In this document: piece after piece, positions 38,517-52,300 of the stretch
Position numbering within the stretch: position 1 is the stretch's first letter
How the letters are laid out: each line of letters opens with the position of its first letter
NCBI RefSeq assembly: GCF_006345805.1
Contig: NC_043008.1
Span: 16,616,001-16,680,000, forward strand
Direction of reading: 5' to 3'
DNA: 64,000 nucleotides
DNA from: Octopus sinensis
Lineage: Eukaryota
Notes under the pieces: model-generated
Seen by the model: the letters and a program-made list of their open reading frames with translations, nothing else
The model's database searches: none
Told to the model about the DNA's origin: nothing
Program-made: the position numbers and the translations under genes

Positions 38517-40999
38517 ATGGCTCTTTTCTTCATTATATTCTCTGTACTAACTAGCGCAGGCACGGATAGCTTTTTTCCAGATGTGTGCTGTATGAGTCTA
38601 ACTAGAGCAGGCACGGATAGCTTTTTTCCAGATGTGGGCTGTATGAGGCTAACTAGAGCAGACAACGATAGCTTTTTTCCAGATGTGGGCTGTATGAGTC
38701 TAACTAGAGCAGGCACGGATAGCTTTTTTCCAGATGTGGGCTGTATGAGGCTAACTAGAGCAGGCACGGATAGCTTTTTTCCAATTGTGGGCTGTATGAG
38801 TCTAACTAGAGCAGACAACGATAGCTTTTCTCCTGATGTAGGCTGTATAAGTCTAACTAGATCAGGCATGGATAGCTTTTTTCCAGATGTGGGCTGTATA
38901 AGTCTAACTAGATCAGGCACGGATAGCTTTTCTCTAGATGTGGGCTGTATGAGGCTAACTAGAGCAGACAACGATAGCTTTTCTCCTGATGTGGGTTGTA
39001 TGAGTCTAACTAGATCAGGCACGGATAGCTTTTTTCCAGATGTGGGCTGTATGAGGCTAACTAGATCAGGCACGGATAGCTTTTCTCCTGCTGTGGGCTG
39101 TATGAGTCTAACTAGAGCAGACAACGATAGCTTTTTTCCAGATGTGGGCTGTATGAGGCTAACTAGCGCTGGCACGGATAGCTTTTTTCCAGATGTGGGC
39201 TGTATGAGGCTAACTAGATCAGGCACGGATAGCTTTTTTCCAGTTGTGGGATGTATGACTCTAACTAGATCAGGCACGGATAGCTTTTTTCCAGATGTGG
39301 GCTGTATGAGTCTAACTAGAGCAGGCACGGATAGCTTTTTTCCAGATGTGGGCTGTATGAGGCTAACTAGAGCAGACAACGATAGCTTTTTTCCAGATGT
39401 GGGCTGTATGAGTCTAACTAGAGCAGGCACGGATAGCTTTTTTCCAGATGTGGGCTGTATGAGGCTAACTAGAGCAGGCACGGATAGCTTTTTTCCAATT
39501 GTGGGCTGTATGAGTCTAACTAGAGCAGACAACGATAGCTTTTCTCCTGATGTAGGCTGTATAAGTCTAACTAGATCAGGCATGGATAGCTTTTTTCCAG
39601 ATGTGGGCTGTATAAGTCTAACTAGATCAGGCACGGATAGCTTTTCTCTAGATGTGGGCTGTATGAGGCTAACTAGAGCAGACAACGATAGCTTTTCTCC
39701 TGATGTGGGTTGTATGAGTCTAATAGATCAGGCACGATAGCTTTTTTCCAGATTGGGCTGTATGAGGCTAACTAGATCAGGCACGGATAGCTTTTTCTCC
39801 TGCTGTGGGCTGTATGAGTCTAACTAGAGCAGACAACGATAGCTTTTTTCCAGATGTGGGCTGTATGAGGCTAACTAGCGCTGGCACGGATAGCTTTTTT
39901 CCAGATGTGGGCTGTATGAGGCTAACTAGATCAGGCACGGATAGCTTTTTTCCAGTTGTGGGATGTATGACTCTAACTAGATCAGGCACGGATAGCTTTT
40001 TTCCAGATGTGGGCTGTATGAGGCTAACTAGAGCAGACAACGATAGCTTTTTTCCAGATGTGGGCTGTATGAGTCTAACTAGATCAGGCACGGATAGCTT
40101 TTCTCTAGATGTGGGCTGTATGAGGCTAACTAGAGCAGACAACGATAGCTTTTTTCCAGTTGTGGGCTGTATGAGGCTAACTAGATCAGGCACGGATAGC
40201 TTTTCTCCTGATGTGGGCTGTATGAGTCTAACTAGAGCAGGCACGGATAGCTTTTTTCCTGATGTGGGGTGTATGAGGCTAACTAGAGCAGGCACGGATA
40301 GCTTTTTTCCAGTTGTGGGCTGTATGAGTCTAACTAGATCAGGCACGGATAGCTTTTTTCCAGATGTGGGCTGTATGAGGCTAACTAGAGCAGACAACGA
40401 TAGCTTTTTTCCAGATGTGGGATGTATGAGGCTAACTAGAGCAGGCACGGAGAGCTTTTCTCCAGATGTGGGCTGTATGAGACTAACTAGAGCAGGCACG
40501 GATAGCTTTTCTCCTGATGTGGGCTGTATAAGACTAACTAGAGCAGGCACGGAGAGCTTTTTTCCAGATGTGGGCTGTATGAGTCTAACTAGAGCAGGCA
40601 CGCATAGCTTTTTTCCAGATTTGGGCTGTGTGAGTCTAACTAGAGCAGGCACGGATAGCTTTTTCCAGATGTGGGCTGTATGAGTCTAACTAGAGCAAGC
40701 ACGGATAGCTTTTTCCAGATGTGGGCTATATGAGTCTAACTAGAGCAGGCACGGATAGCTTTTTTCCAGATGTGGGCTGTATAAAACTAACTAGAGCAGG
40801 CATGGAGAGCTTTTTTCCAGATGCGGGCTGTATGAGGCTAACTAGAGCAGGCACGCATAGCTTTTCTCCTGATGTGGGCTGTATAAGACTAACTAGAGCA
40901 GGCACAGATAGCTTTTCTGCAGATGTGGGCTATATGAGACTAACTAGAGCAGGCACGGATAACATTTCTCCAGATGTGGACTATATGAGACATGGGTGA
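38517..40999 (+). CDS. Hypothetical repetitive protein (17-aa repeat LTRAGTDSFFPDVGCM[S/R]); interrupted by single-base indels
   Basis: ORFs 38517-39740, 39805-40683 and 40721-40999; hydrophobic N-terminus MALFFIIFSVLTSA; no nonsense substitution in this frame; may be non-coding. Confidence 0.25.
38547..40990. repeat. 51-bp minisatellite, ~48 copies, with a 714-bp higher-order duplication
   Basis: Unit CTAACTAGAGCAGGCACGGATAGCTTTTTTCCAGATGTGGGCTGTATGAG(T/G); rare variant ccaattgtgg at 38781 and 39495 (14 units apart). Confidence 0.97.
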
Positions 41000-41889
41000 T
41001 CATCAGACTTACCGCACTACTGCAAATATGCATTGGCTATTTCGTTAGGTGTGCCATTCAGAATTTCGTGCGGGACACTGTTTGCCCAGAATTGGATACA
41101 CAATGGCCCATATTTTTTGCTAGAGTATATTACTCCTCTAATATTATAAAAAAACAAAGGAAATATAGAAAAAACACAATATTGTCACTGATAAGTGACT
41201 ATGAATTGCCTGTGTATACTATAAATTAGATAATTTGGGGGATGCGTAAGAAATGACGCGTAGCCATTGACAAACTGTCAGCAGTTACAAACTTTGGCCA
41301 GCGGAATACATAGGATGTGGCAGCTGGAGCGAGACATGGATGGCTAGAAATATTGATTGATAAATAAATGGGGAAGGGCTAGACAGAGAGAGAGAGAGAG
41401 AGAGCGAGCGAGAGAGAAATGGAGAAAGAGGAAGAGTGGGGATCTAAGCCAAGGTCGGAAGACTTCTGGTGGAGAAAATCCAAGTTTCCCGACGATCATA
41501 CAGTCATATGGTTTGGCGAAGAGTAAATAATCCAATGAAAAGATGGAAACAAAGAAAATTCATTAACACATCTTAACTTTTAAGTTACACATGTTTCTGT
41601 ACTGTGTCCATTTGCAAAACTAGCTTCTATGAAAATTCTAAAACGAAAAATTACGTAATATATGTGGTTTTGGGCATTGGAAAGGCACTTCCTGAGACTT
41701 GCATTAAAGTCAGGCTATTATATTGTGCACCGGTCAGACCTTGTCATGAAAGTATCAGGAAAAAAGGAAAGGGAAAAAAATTAAATCATATATGCAGGAT
41801 GGGTCTGTGGGGGCGGATCAAGAGAGTGGATACGTATAAAAATAGGATGGAGAAATGGAACGAGGGTGGGGAAACGACTAGGAGGCAAA

Positions 41890-42395
41890 GGAGAAGAATC
41901 GGAAGGAAAAAGAAAAGAAGAAGGAGAGGAAGAAGAAGGAGGAGGAGAAGGAGAAGAGGAAGTAGAAGAAGAAGAAGGAGGACGAGGAGGAGAAGAAGAA
42001 GGGAAAGGAGGAGAAGAAGAAGAAGAAGAAGAAGAAGCAGACGACAACGAAGAAGGAGAAGAAGAGGAAGTAGAAGAAGAAAAAGAAGAAGAAAAAGAAA
42101 AAGAAGAAGAAGAAGAAGAAGGAGGAGGAGAAGAAGAAGAAGAAGAAGAAGAAGAAGAAGGAGGAGAAGAAGAAGAAGAAGAAGAAGAAGAAGAAGAAGA
42201 CGACAACGAAGAAGGAGAAGAAGAAGAAGTAGAAGAAGAAAAAGAAGAAGAAAAAGAAAAAGAAGAAGAAGAAGAAGAAGAAGGAGGAGAGGAGGAGAAG
42301 AAGAAGAAGAAGAAGAAGAAGAAGAAGAAGGAGGAGAAGAAGAAGAAAGAAGAAGAAGAAGAAGAAGAAGAAGAAGAAGAAGAAGAAGAAGAAGA
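41890..42395. repeat. (GAA/GGA)n polypurine tract
   Basis: Directly visible; block gaaggagaagaaga..aagtagaagaagaa recurs three times. Confidence 0.95.
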
Positions 42396-43596
42396 ATTGT
42401 CTCTCTTAACTTCACAGATATGCCTGTAAATTTTAACCGTCTACTAGCGTTCATTAATATTTTGTGGTTAATTCATCCAGTAGTATGAAATTGAAATATG
42501 CCCGCGCAGTTTGACGAGAGCGTCGCAATCCGCAGTCTATGTTATCTGATTTTGTGAGCATCATGCAACATGGCGCCGATATATGTGTGTCAGCTCTAAA
42601 CTCTTTTAAAACTTACAAAATGGCGGAAAAGTAAATAAAAATCAAACACCCTTTCAAGAGCCCGAATAACGACAACGTTCACAGCATCAACAGAAAACCA
42701 TTTAGGACACCAGCATCACTTAGTGTATCAAAAGCAGCAATAATTACGACGGAAAAGCAAAAAAAAAAAAAAAAAAAAAAGCGGGAGGAAAAAGGAAAAA
42801 GGAAAAATATTTTAATAGAAAAATAAAACAAACAAAAGAATAAAAGTATTGAGGAAACTAGTAGAAATATCGTATTATGTTCTTCTAAATTAGTTATTTA
42901 ACAAATCTTTGATGTTATTAATTAAACTTCCTTCGATCACTTAATGTTGATTTAAATCATTTACGTGGCTAATTCTAATTTATGATGGGTTTATTTTCTT
43001 GTTCTTCTTGTATGTATACATGTTTGAATATTACATATATTGTTTATTACACTTAATGTAATTTACACTTTATTCCTAAATATATGTATGTCTATGTTTA
43101 TGAGCGCAGATACACGCACACAGACACACACATGTATTATATATACATATAAATGCATGTATATATATATATGTCTATGTATGTCTATATATGTGTGTGT
43201 AGCACTTTGTGCATGTATTTGTTGAAGAATGTTTGTGTTATTGAATGTATGCATGCACGTATGTATGTATGTATGTATGTATGTATGTATGTATGTATGT
43301 ATGTATGTATGTATGTATGTATCTATGAATGTATGTGCGTATGAATGTGTAATATACTGCCGGACTAATATAAAAAGTATTAAATTACCCTCATTTCCAC
43401 AGGCCGATGCACATCCTTTTTATTTTATTTTATTTTTCTTTTTATTTTTGTTTTTGCTTGCACACTCTGAGAAATATATATATATATATATATATATATC
43501 TATATATATATATATATACACTTATATATATATACACGCACTCACGCACTAAAATATACAAAGACAAACACACAGTCACACACACACACACACACA

Positions 43597-43681
<85 letters not shown>

Positions 43682-44325
43682 TATATGCTGACGCACTCTC
43701 TCATCATTTCCACTCTATCTCAGTTTCATTCTCTCATTTCTTGTGCATGTGGCTCCCAATCCCTCTTTCTTTCGCTATAACTCCTACGATCTCCTTTCAC
43801 TATCGTGCTTTCAACATTTTTTTCTTGTCCCCACAACCTTTTTTTCCCCCTAATTTTACAAATCTGCATACACACAATCTTCTTTTATATCATTCAAATA
43901 ATTTTTTTTTATCTATTTCTTTTCTTCCTACATCTACTCCAATCATAATCAACGTTTGCATGATTCAGTCAACAGTTCTTTATTCTTTCCTTTATGTATT
44001 TTCAATATACCCTTCACATCTTACATTAAAATCTTTTAATGAATCACATTCACATCCTCACATTTTCACTTCTACCTTTCTCTATCATTACCTTTGCCTA
44101 TTCTGTTTCTCTGAGTCTCTCCTTCATTCCAAGTCACTATCTCTCACGATTCATATTCTCCTCATCTTCACTCTTGCATTAAAGACAAGTCTCTCCCTAT
44201 TTCCAATTACACACCAGTTTGCCTTCTTTTAGGAGGTTGTTTTTTTATTTTTAAGATATACGCAGATATTTATACTCATATGCATGAGTCTATGTACATA
44301 TGTATGTAAGTATATATATAGATAT

Positions 44326-44362
<37 letters not shown>

Positions 44363-46113
44363 TATACATATATACACATACACACACACACACTATATAA
44401 TATATATGTGTGTGTGTGGTGAAGGTGTGTGTAGATGTGTTTACATATAAATAATATGTCTATGTATCTGTATATGTACAACGTATGCATATGAAATACG
44501 TACATGCATCGATACACTCATGTGTATATTTAAATGGGAGCATGTATAGACATGCATATATATGCCCATATATGCCTGTGTGTTTGTAACCGTGTGTGTA
44601 TTTCCATAGAAGCATTAAATATATCAGAGGAACACCATTCAAGGCAGCGTAGGACTTACGTAAGCGCTTGTAACAGCATGTAAACGAAAAATAGAACAAA
44701 AATCATTTAGTACCTTCAACGAATCAATATAACTCTTTTCATGTTTTCCATATTATGTGAAGTTCTATTTTACAATTTATAGATGGTTTCTTGATATTAA
44801 TCGAATTTGTTTAAGGGAAAAATAAGATATCGTTTTTTTTTATTTACATTTTCTTTTCATTTTCTTTTCATTTTCTTTCTGCCAATAAAGTGCATACAAT
44901 GTATGGATTGCTTGTAATTAACTTCATTATAGCGGGAAAAAATTAATTAATTCCTGTTAAAGGAATACTAAATGATTTTTGATAAGTTGCAAGACATATT
45001 TTCACACATATAAACTGTCTCCTTTAACTATAATGGCCTCTGTGCAAGGACTGATTCTATTGAAAAGATGGTTAAAAAGATGGTTAAAATCAACTGAAGC
45101 TAGATCAATTCTAGTTTCTAGTACCTACTTAATTATAACAGTTCCTTGGTTTCATAAACTATCAAAGGTCTCATACAACCTTTGATAGTCATGAACTCAT
45201 AATACGAATTTCGAGCGTATTCATAAACTAAATTATAATGGTGGTGCTGCAGTCAATTATATCGAACATGGTATTGGTTTGGTACATGTCACGTCCATCC
45301 TTTATCATTTTTACTTCAATAAAAAGGATCTACACCGTTATAAAAAGGCTAGAAAATATATTAATATATTTCGCAACACTGTATTGGCAAAGATAAACCG
45401 CGACAAATTTACCTTCATAACATGAATTAACGTAATGTTTGCTTTATGGTTCGTTCGGCGAGAGAAGTACAGCGTCCATAGCAATTCACTGTTGTTCCAG
45501 GACTAGAGGAAGACAGATATACATCCTCATCTTGAAACGTAAATGAACAGCAGTTTGCCAAAGGCAGCCAATGAATAGGTGTTGGTGTTAAACATCGACG
45601 GATGTATTACGTCTATACTCAGTGAAATCAGAACGTGAAGAGAGCAAACAAAAGATGCAAGGCTTCCTGTTCAGTTTTCTAACGGCTAACCAGATGCATT
45701 ACCTTGTAATAATACGTCGTATTATCGTACCCAGAAAGAAGATGATCAAAATTGTCTTCAGTGAAGTTCGAAATCATGTACGACGAGAACTGTAAATACC
45801 GCGAGATACTTTCTGCCAATAACTTTGCCGATAGGCTGCCTTAAATATTTCGAGCCGTTGTTACAGCCGTTCTTTACATTTAACCATACAAATACAAAAC
45901 AGTTTAAAATTAACCACTGAATAACTGCCTTACACATTCAGATCAATATAAAAATTATTATTTCTGATTTAGCGATTTTGGTGGAGTGCTTACACTTTAC
46001 TATCTATCTCAGAAGAAGAACATAAAGAACAGGAGGAAGACATCTGCCCAACTTTCTATATATCTATCTCCTCTTTATCTCTTCTGTCTGTCTGTCTGTC
46101 TGTCTGTCTCTAT

Positions 46114-46149
<36 letters not shown>

Positions 46150-46379
46150 TATATATATATATATATCACGATCTCGACTTTCATCACCTATGTTCCTGCC
46201 GCAAGGCTTCACTTCCAAACACACCAGCTTAATTTAATCCGTCCTTAGTCGAAAGACGCCCGTCGTTAACGTGCTTTTGTTTGTATTTGTAATTGTGTAC
46301 CATTTCTCCGTTCTTTTCCGTTCTTGTTTTCGTATACATTCGCTTAGCTTAGATTTTCTTCCGACAATTTGTGAACCTC

Positions 46380-46495
46380 CTAGGCACAAGGTCCAGAATT
46401 TAGTGTGGGAGGGGTCAGTTGATTAGCTGGAGCCCAGAACGCAAGTGGTACCTAATTTATCGACCCTGAAAAGATGAAAGGCAACGTCGACCTCC
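46380..46495 (-). mobile_element. SINE family B, 3' half with the alternative tail
   Basis: taggcacaagg..ggtacctaatttatcgaccctgaaaagatgaaaggcaacgtcgacctc. Confidence 0.75.
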
Positions 46496-46590
46496 TTCTC
46501 GTATAATTACCAAATAAATAATAACAAACGACGGATAATTGTCAACTCAAGGAGCTGACAATTAGCCATCGTATAATATTCATTTGATTA

Positions 46591-46667
<77 letters not shown>

Positions 46668-47084
46668 CTTGGATACATCTGTGTATGTGTGTGTGTGTGT
46701 TTGATGTAGTATAAATAGCCGCCGTGATAACATTTTTTGGGTCTATGCACTGACTCTTTAGTGACTCTAATGCTCCAAAATTAGGATCTAAATCCAGCAT
46801 GATCCAGTTTGTATCAGTAGTATCTGCAGATTAGACTTCATGTGTCTAGGTTGTCTATAGAAGAAGAACGTGAACGGAAGCCACCAGAAGAATTAATTTC
46901 AGTAGTGCTTGCATATCAAATGACTATTGTCAAGGAAGATGGCAAATGTGTAGATGAAAGGAATCTGGGAGAGCGTGCAAGAAAAAGAAAACGAACTGTC
47001 GAGTAAAGGAAAGGTTAGTAGTCGAAATGTGAATGTTTCAAGACGTTGATAGCGACGACTATGATAATGATGATGATGGTCATA

Positions 47085-47700
47085 TGGAGAGGAGAAAGGG
47101 GATGAGGAGGGGAAGAGGTTAGGGAAGTGAAGAGGTGGAGGAAGGGAAGAAGTGGAGGATAGGAATAGGAGGAAGAGAAGAGCAGGAGGGATGAAGGGAA
47201 GAAGAAGTGGAGGAAAGGGTAAAGGTGGAGGAATGGAAGAGGAGGAAAGAGAAGATTTGGAGGAAAGACTTGGGGAAAGAGGAGGAGGAAGGGAATGGGA
47301 GGGAGGAAGGAAGGAAAAGTGGGGGAAGAGAGGAGGAGGAAAAGAAGAGGTAGTAGGAGAGGGAGAAAAAGAAGGTAGGTGGCTGAAGGGGAAGGTGAGA
47401 AGTGGAAAGTAAAATTTCTGGAAGAGGTGGAGAGAGGGAAGAGAAGGCGGAGGAAAGGAGGAAGTGGAGGGTAGGGGGAAAAGGAGGAGGTGGAAGATGA
47501 GGAGAGGAAAGAGGAGGAGGAGGAGGAGGGGAAGTGATTGTGAGTAGTGTGAGAACCCTGAAGAAAGTGATTGTGACAGAGACAAGTATGAAGATGATAA
47601 GGAGGAGGAGGAGGAGGAGGAGGAGGAGGAGGAGGAGGAGGAGGAGGAGGAGGAGGAGGGGGAGTAGAGGGATAAAAGTAAAGAAGGGGAGGAGGTGGTG
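47085..47700. repeat. GA-rich low-complexity tract ending in (GGA)n
   Basis: Directly visible. Confidence 0.9.
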
Positions 47701-48773
47701 CTGGCAGTGCTGTTTCTGAAGGAGGAGGGGGAGGTTTATATAGCTTCCTTCCGCAAAATATCAGACCTTTTAAATCTGTTTTACAACAACGTACAATTAA
47801 ATAAAATGATCAACTGCGATGTAAGAATAAAAACCCAGAAAAAAACAAAAGACAAAAATAAAAGAACATCAAAGCAAAACCGACTAAAAAACAAACATGA
47901 AAAATGAATAAATAAATGAATAAATAAATAAAAGAAAATGACTGATTATTATTTTAGAAAAAACAAAAACCTAGCAAATGAACAAATAAACCAAAAAAAA
48001 AATGAAAATTCAACACCTCCGAAATACTGAATAATAAGTAAATAAATAAATCTAAATATATATTTATAAATAAATAAAATTCAGCAAATCTCATCGAGTA
48101 AATATACAAAAAAAACCCCAAAAAAACGCTGCATAAATAGATTCTCACACAGAGCAAGAAAAAATAAGAAAATATAAAAAGATGTAAGATATTTTTAAAA
48201 AAGCATTATTCTCTCCATCTTTTGAGTTTTCCAAGTCGCACCAGAGAGAAATAAATCACTTTAATATTTACACTATGTGTGAACAGGTGTGGAATAAGTC
48301 TTATTGTTCAAAGAATTACTTAAAAACAACTATATTCTGATGTTATGCTGTTATTGTTATTGTGGTTATTGTTATTGTTGCTATTTTGTAGTTGTTGATG
48401 TTTTGTAGTTGTTCCGGTTTGTTTGTTTGTTTTTTTTGTGTATTTTGATTTGTCTTGTTTTATCTGGGTTTCTTTTTTACCTTTATTTCTATTTATAATT
48501 TTGTTAGTGTTTTTTTTTTGCCTCCATGTTATCAACATCATCTCTTGTAAAGAAAAGACAGAGTGAGATGCAGACAGACAGACACACAAACACACACACA
48601 CGCACACTTACACGCACAAATACATAAACATATAATAAGTGTATATATATGTGTACCTATGTGTATTTATGTATGTATATCTATATCCATCTCCCACCTC
48701 TCTCTCTTTGTATATTAATGTATATACACGTCTGCATGAGTAATATATATGTATGTGTGCATATGTATGCATG

Positions 48774-48828
<55 letters not shown>

Positions 48829-48988
48829 ATGTGTGTATGTATTATTATGTATGTATGCATATGTATATACAAATTGATACGTATAGATATATAATACAAA
48901 TAAATGTATGTATATGCATATACATATATACGTGTGTGTGTTTATCTGTACATGCGTGAGCATATACATATGCGTGTGTATATGTATG

Positions 48989-49025
<37 letters not shown>

Positions 49026-49710
49026 GTATGTGTGTGTCTGTGTGTATATGTATTATTATGTATGTATGTATGCATATGTATATACAAATAGATACATATA
49101 GATATATAATAAATACACATGTATGTATATGCATATACATATAAACATGTGTGTATGTGTGTGTGTGTTTAGCTGTACGTGCATGTGTAGATGAAGAAAG
49201 AGATTGAGAGAGAGAGATAGAAAGAAAGAGGTGAAGAGAACAGAAGAGTTCATGGAACAACCATTCTTTACAGATTCGTTGTTGGTTTTCTTAAATGTTT
49301 ATTTTTACATCATAAGTTTACGTTGCGTTGTTTTACTTCAACTCGGTGTACTCGCGTTATTTTTGAAGAAACGAGCACATCCAAGAAGATTGATGAAGAA
49401 AAATCTTCTTCTCTAATCTCCATTTCCTACCTTGAACGTTAAGGTTATCTATTTCCGGTTTCTGTGTACGTACATGTATACTTGTAACCCTGCATTTTTT
49501 TTTATACTTTCCAGGAACTTTTCTATACGACGTGGTTTTCGTACGCTTGTCATTTCCACGTTATATTTATTTGTTTTAAATGTATTTTCCCCCTTTTCTC
49601 TCATAGTACAAATGGAAGAATCATTTGGTTAGATATCTGGATTTAATATATGTTCTAGGATTTCAGGTAAGGAATTATGCATTGATAAATGCACTAATGA
49701 TGTAAACATA

Positions 49711-49844
49711 GGCGCAGGAGTGTCTGTGTGGTAAGTAGCTTGCTAACCAACCACATGGTTCCGGGTTCAGTCTCACTCGGGCCGACCAATGCCTTGTGAG
49801 TGGATTTGGTAGAAGGAAACTGAAAGAAGCCTGTCGTATACATG

Positions 49845-49877
<33 letters not shown>

Positions 49878-50088
49878 TTGCGTGTCTGTGTTTGTCCCCC
49901 CCCCCAGCATTGCTTGACAACCGATACTGGTGTGTTTACGTCCCCGTTACTTAGCGGTTCGGCAAAAGAGACCGACAGAATAAGTACTGGGCTTACAAAG
50001 AATAAGTCCCGGGGTCAATTTGCTCGACTAAAGGCGGTGCTCCAGCATGGCCGCAGTCAAATGACTGAAACAAGTAAAAGTAAAGAGT
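49711..50088 (+). mobile_element. SINE family A, young copy with ~37-bp internal deletion
   Basis: Near identical to 9874-10283 but lacks the gcgtggc..cttgggcaagtgtcttc..tatagcc block. Confidence 0.92.
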
Positions 50089-51040
50089 ATATCACAAATA
50101 TGTTCGTCTCAATAATAGGGTTAAACATGTAACTGTTATTAATGGTACGTGTTGTTTTACCATGTCATTTTTACTAGTTTCATAACCAATCTATCTTAAT
50201 TTAACAGTACATCCAGTTGCTTCCTTCATTGCGCTGTAGGAAATAATAACATACATTTCTTATTCTAACATTGCTGGTCGTTTACAATAACATGTGTCAA
50301 TGGAGACGATTCAGTTTGATTTGAAATAGATTCAGTCGTTAATTGTTGCAGTTTTAATTACATTCGCTCGGTCCCTCGTGTATGCTAATCTGTAACTTAA
50401 TTAACGATCTAATTCAAATAAATTTCTTTCTAACTCACTTTTTGATTCGCATAAGTGCGATCCACAAATATCGCTCGTTGATTTCCATCTCACCCGCCAG
50501 CCTACGTAACCGACATCGCAGTTAAGTTCCCGTCTCACTATTCCCAGATACTGACGTATCATTACTCGGTTTCTATATGAGGTACCCAGAAACCTAGCTC
50601 TGAAAATATAATCTAAATGAGTTATCCAAATTACCACTCTTAGTAACGCAGAGGAAAATTATAAATAATTGAAAGCGAATGATCACCTAACATTCAAATT
50701 ATGTGATCAAGTGTCTACCCTATAGAATCAAAATAACGGAGTGAACGATAAACATAAGCTATAATTAGAACTTAAGCCATGAATTTCACGTTGTTGCTCT
50801 CTATCAAATATTACTGAAAAGCAGTGGATAAATGCGCGGTTATGCTAAATTGTATATATCGAAGGTACCAAAATGTGATATAAAATCTGGCGCATCATAT
50901 TTGTGAAGGAAATATCTGTACAATCAGGTATGCTTCTTCCCCCATTTACACCTTCATACTCAACAGCATCAAAAAAATACAGGGAGCTAAAACTCATTGG
51001 GAATCATAGTATACAAAGACTATATATATAATTATACACA

Positions 51041-51238
51041 CGAGGGTAAAGGGGAAAAGTTCCTGGCTTTGGGTAAAAGAAAATACAGCATGATCATATA
51101 ATTATGATTTTATTTAACATATTCTCATCTCAGAACCCTTCAGTTTTTCTAAGCCCTGTAATAGAACTGGGGAGTTTCGGCCTTCAACTAGGCCTTTCGA
51201 GACACTCTCAAACCCAAGAACTTTTCAGCAGCCCCTGG
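51041..51238. mobile_element. Mariner-type MITE
   Basis: Imperfect ~30-bp TIRs: CGAGGG..GAAAAGTTCCTGGCTTTG and CAAACCCAAGAACTTTTCAGCAGCCCCTGG. Confidence 0.65.
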
Positions 51239-52246
51239 TTTGTTGACGTTACAAAGCTAGATGGGAACCATCTTGACTCATAGCACTTGTACATAACTTA
51301 ACATTGCAATCTCTCAAAAAGTAAATGATGGTACTAAAGTGACCTCTATATTCCTGTTCTACCTGTGAAAACAGTTGCTATTTTCCACTTGAATCACATT
51401 CAGCTACATTCGTGAAGAGGAGGAACAGTTGCAAAATGCCATCTTAATCAAGAAAATGCTATGACTTATGGCTGGAACAACTTCGGTCATTAACTTTCTC
51501 AATCAGACCCCGGCGTGGGAGATTAAATTAGTAATCAAAGTAGCGCCTTTCATATTATGACTTTACACACAATCCATAGACACAAGTCATCCAGATAAAA
51601 GTAAAATATGAAATAACACTTGCATACGTAGGACCAACAGTTTATAGAGGCATGTGTTCTAACAATTTTAGTCGCTGAATCTCTATGTTCAATTGCTCTG
51701 AAGCACATACAAACACGACCAGTTTTCCCTCTGAGTAAATTGAGAGAAAGAGGTATGGTGAGAGGCACAATGTTTCGCATTTAGCTATGAGGCATGCATA
51801 ACTTCATTGAAAACGTATTTCACCGCTATATTTATCTATATCTGTGTGTGAATCTATTTCTCGCTCTCTCTCCTTCCGTCTCTCTGTCTCAATCTCTCTA
51901 TTTACCCTCTCTTTCTCTCTCTCGTCTCTGTCCATATATATATATATAGGAGATAAATAAAAAATATATGCATACATACAAACATTTATGTACGTACCTA
52001 CATCTACATGTATATATACATGCATATATAAATAATTATACGGGAGTACAGGACATCACAAAAAGACGTAGAAACGGAAAAAGCCAAAAAACAAAAAACA
52101 AGAAAACGGAAAACGAAAAACAAGAAAACGAAAAACAAATACAGGACGAGCTACACAAGGACAAACCCCCGTCATCAGCTGTCGCTAGAGGAGTCAAGCA
52201 TGTTTCGAAGGCATATATATATATATTATATAATATATAGATATAT

Positions 52247-52300
<54 letters not shown>

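Noticed and set aside
38501-40652. Antisense repeat ORF (LIQPTSGKKLSVPALVR) with a superficial ABC-transporter-like IQPTSG
   Set aside because: No Walker motifs; broken by TAG variants in the terminal units; explained as the shadow of a 3n repeat
38547-40990. CRISPR-like array
   Set aside because: Units are contiguous with no unique spacers, there are no cas genes, and the context is eukaryotic
41604-42488. Protamine-like Arg-rich or Glu-rich ORFs (also 2291-3377)
   Set aside because: (GAA)n tracts lack stops in several frames; no splice or domain evidence
43741-44232. 163-aa ORF
   Set aside because: Pyrimidine-rich compositional bias, non-ATG start, no domain features
48835-49155. ~210-bp duplication of compound microsatellite
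   Set aside because: Real but unremarkable duplication in low-complexity DNA
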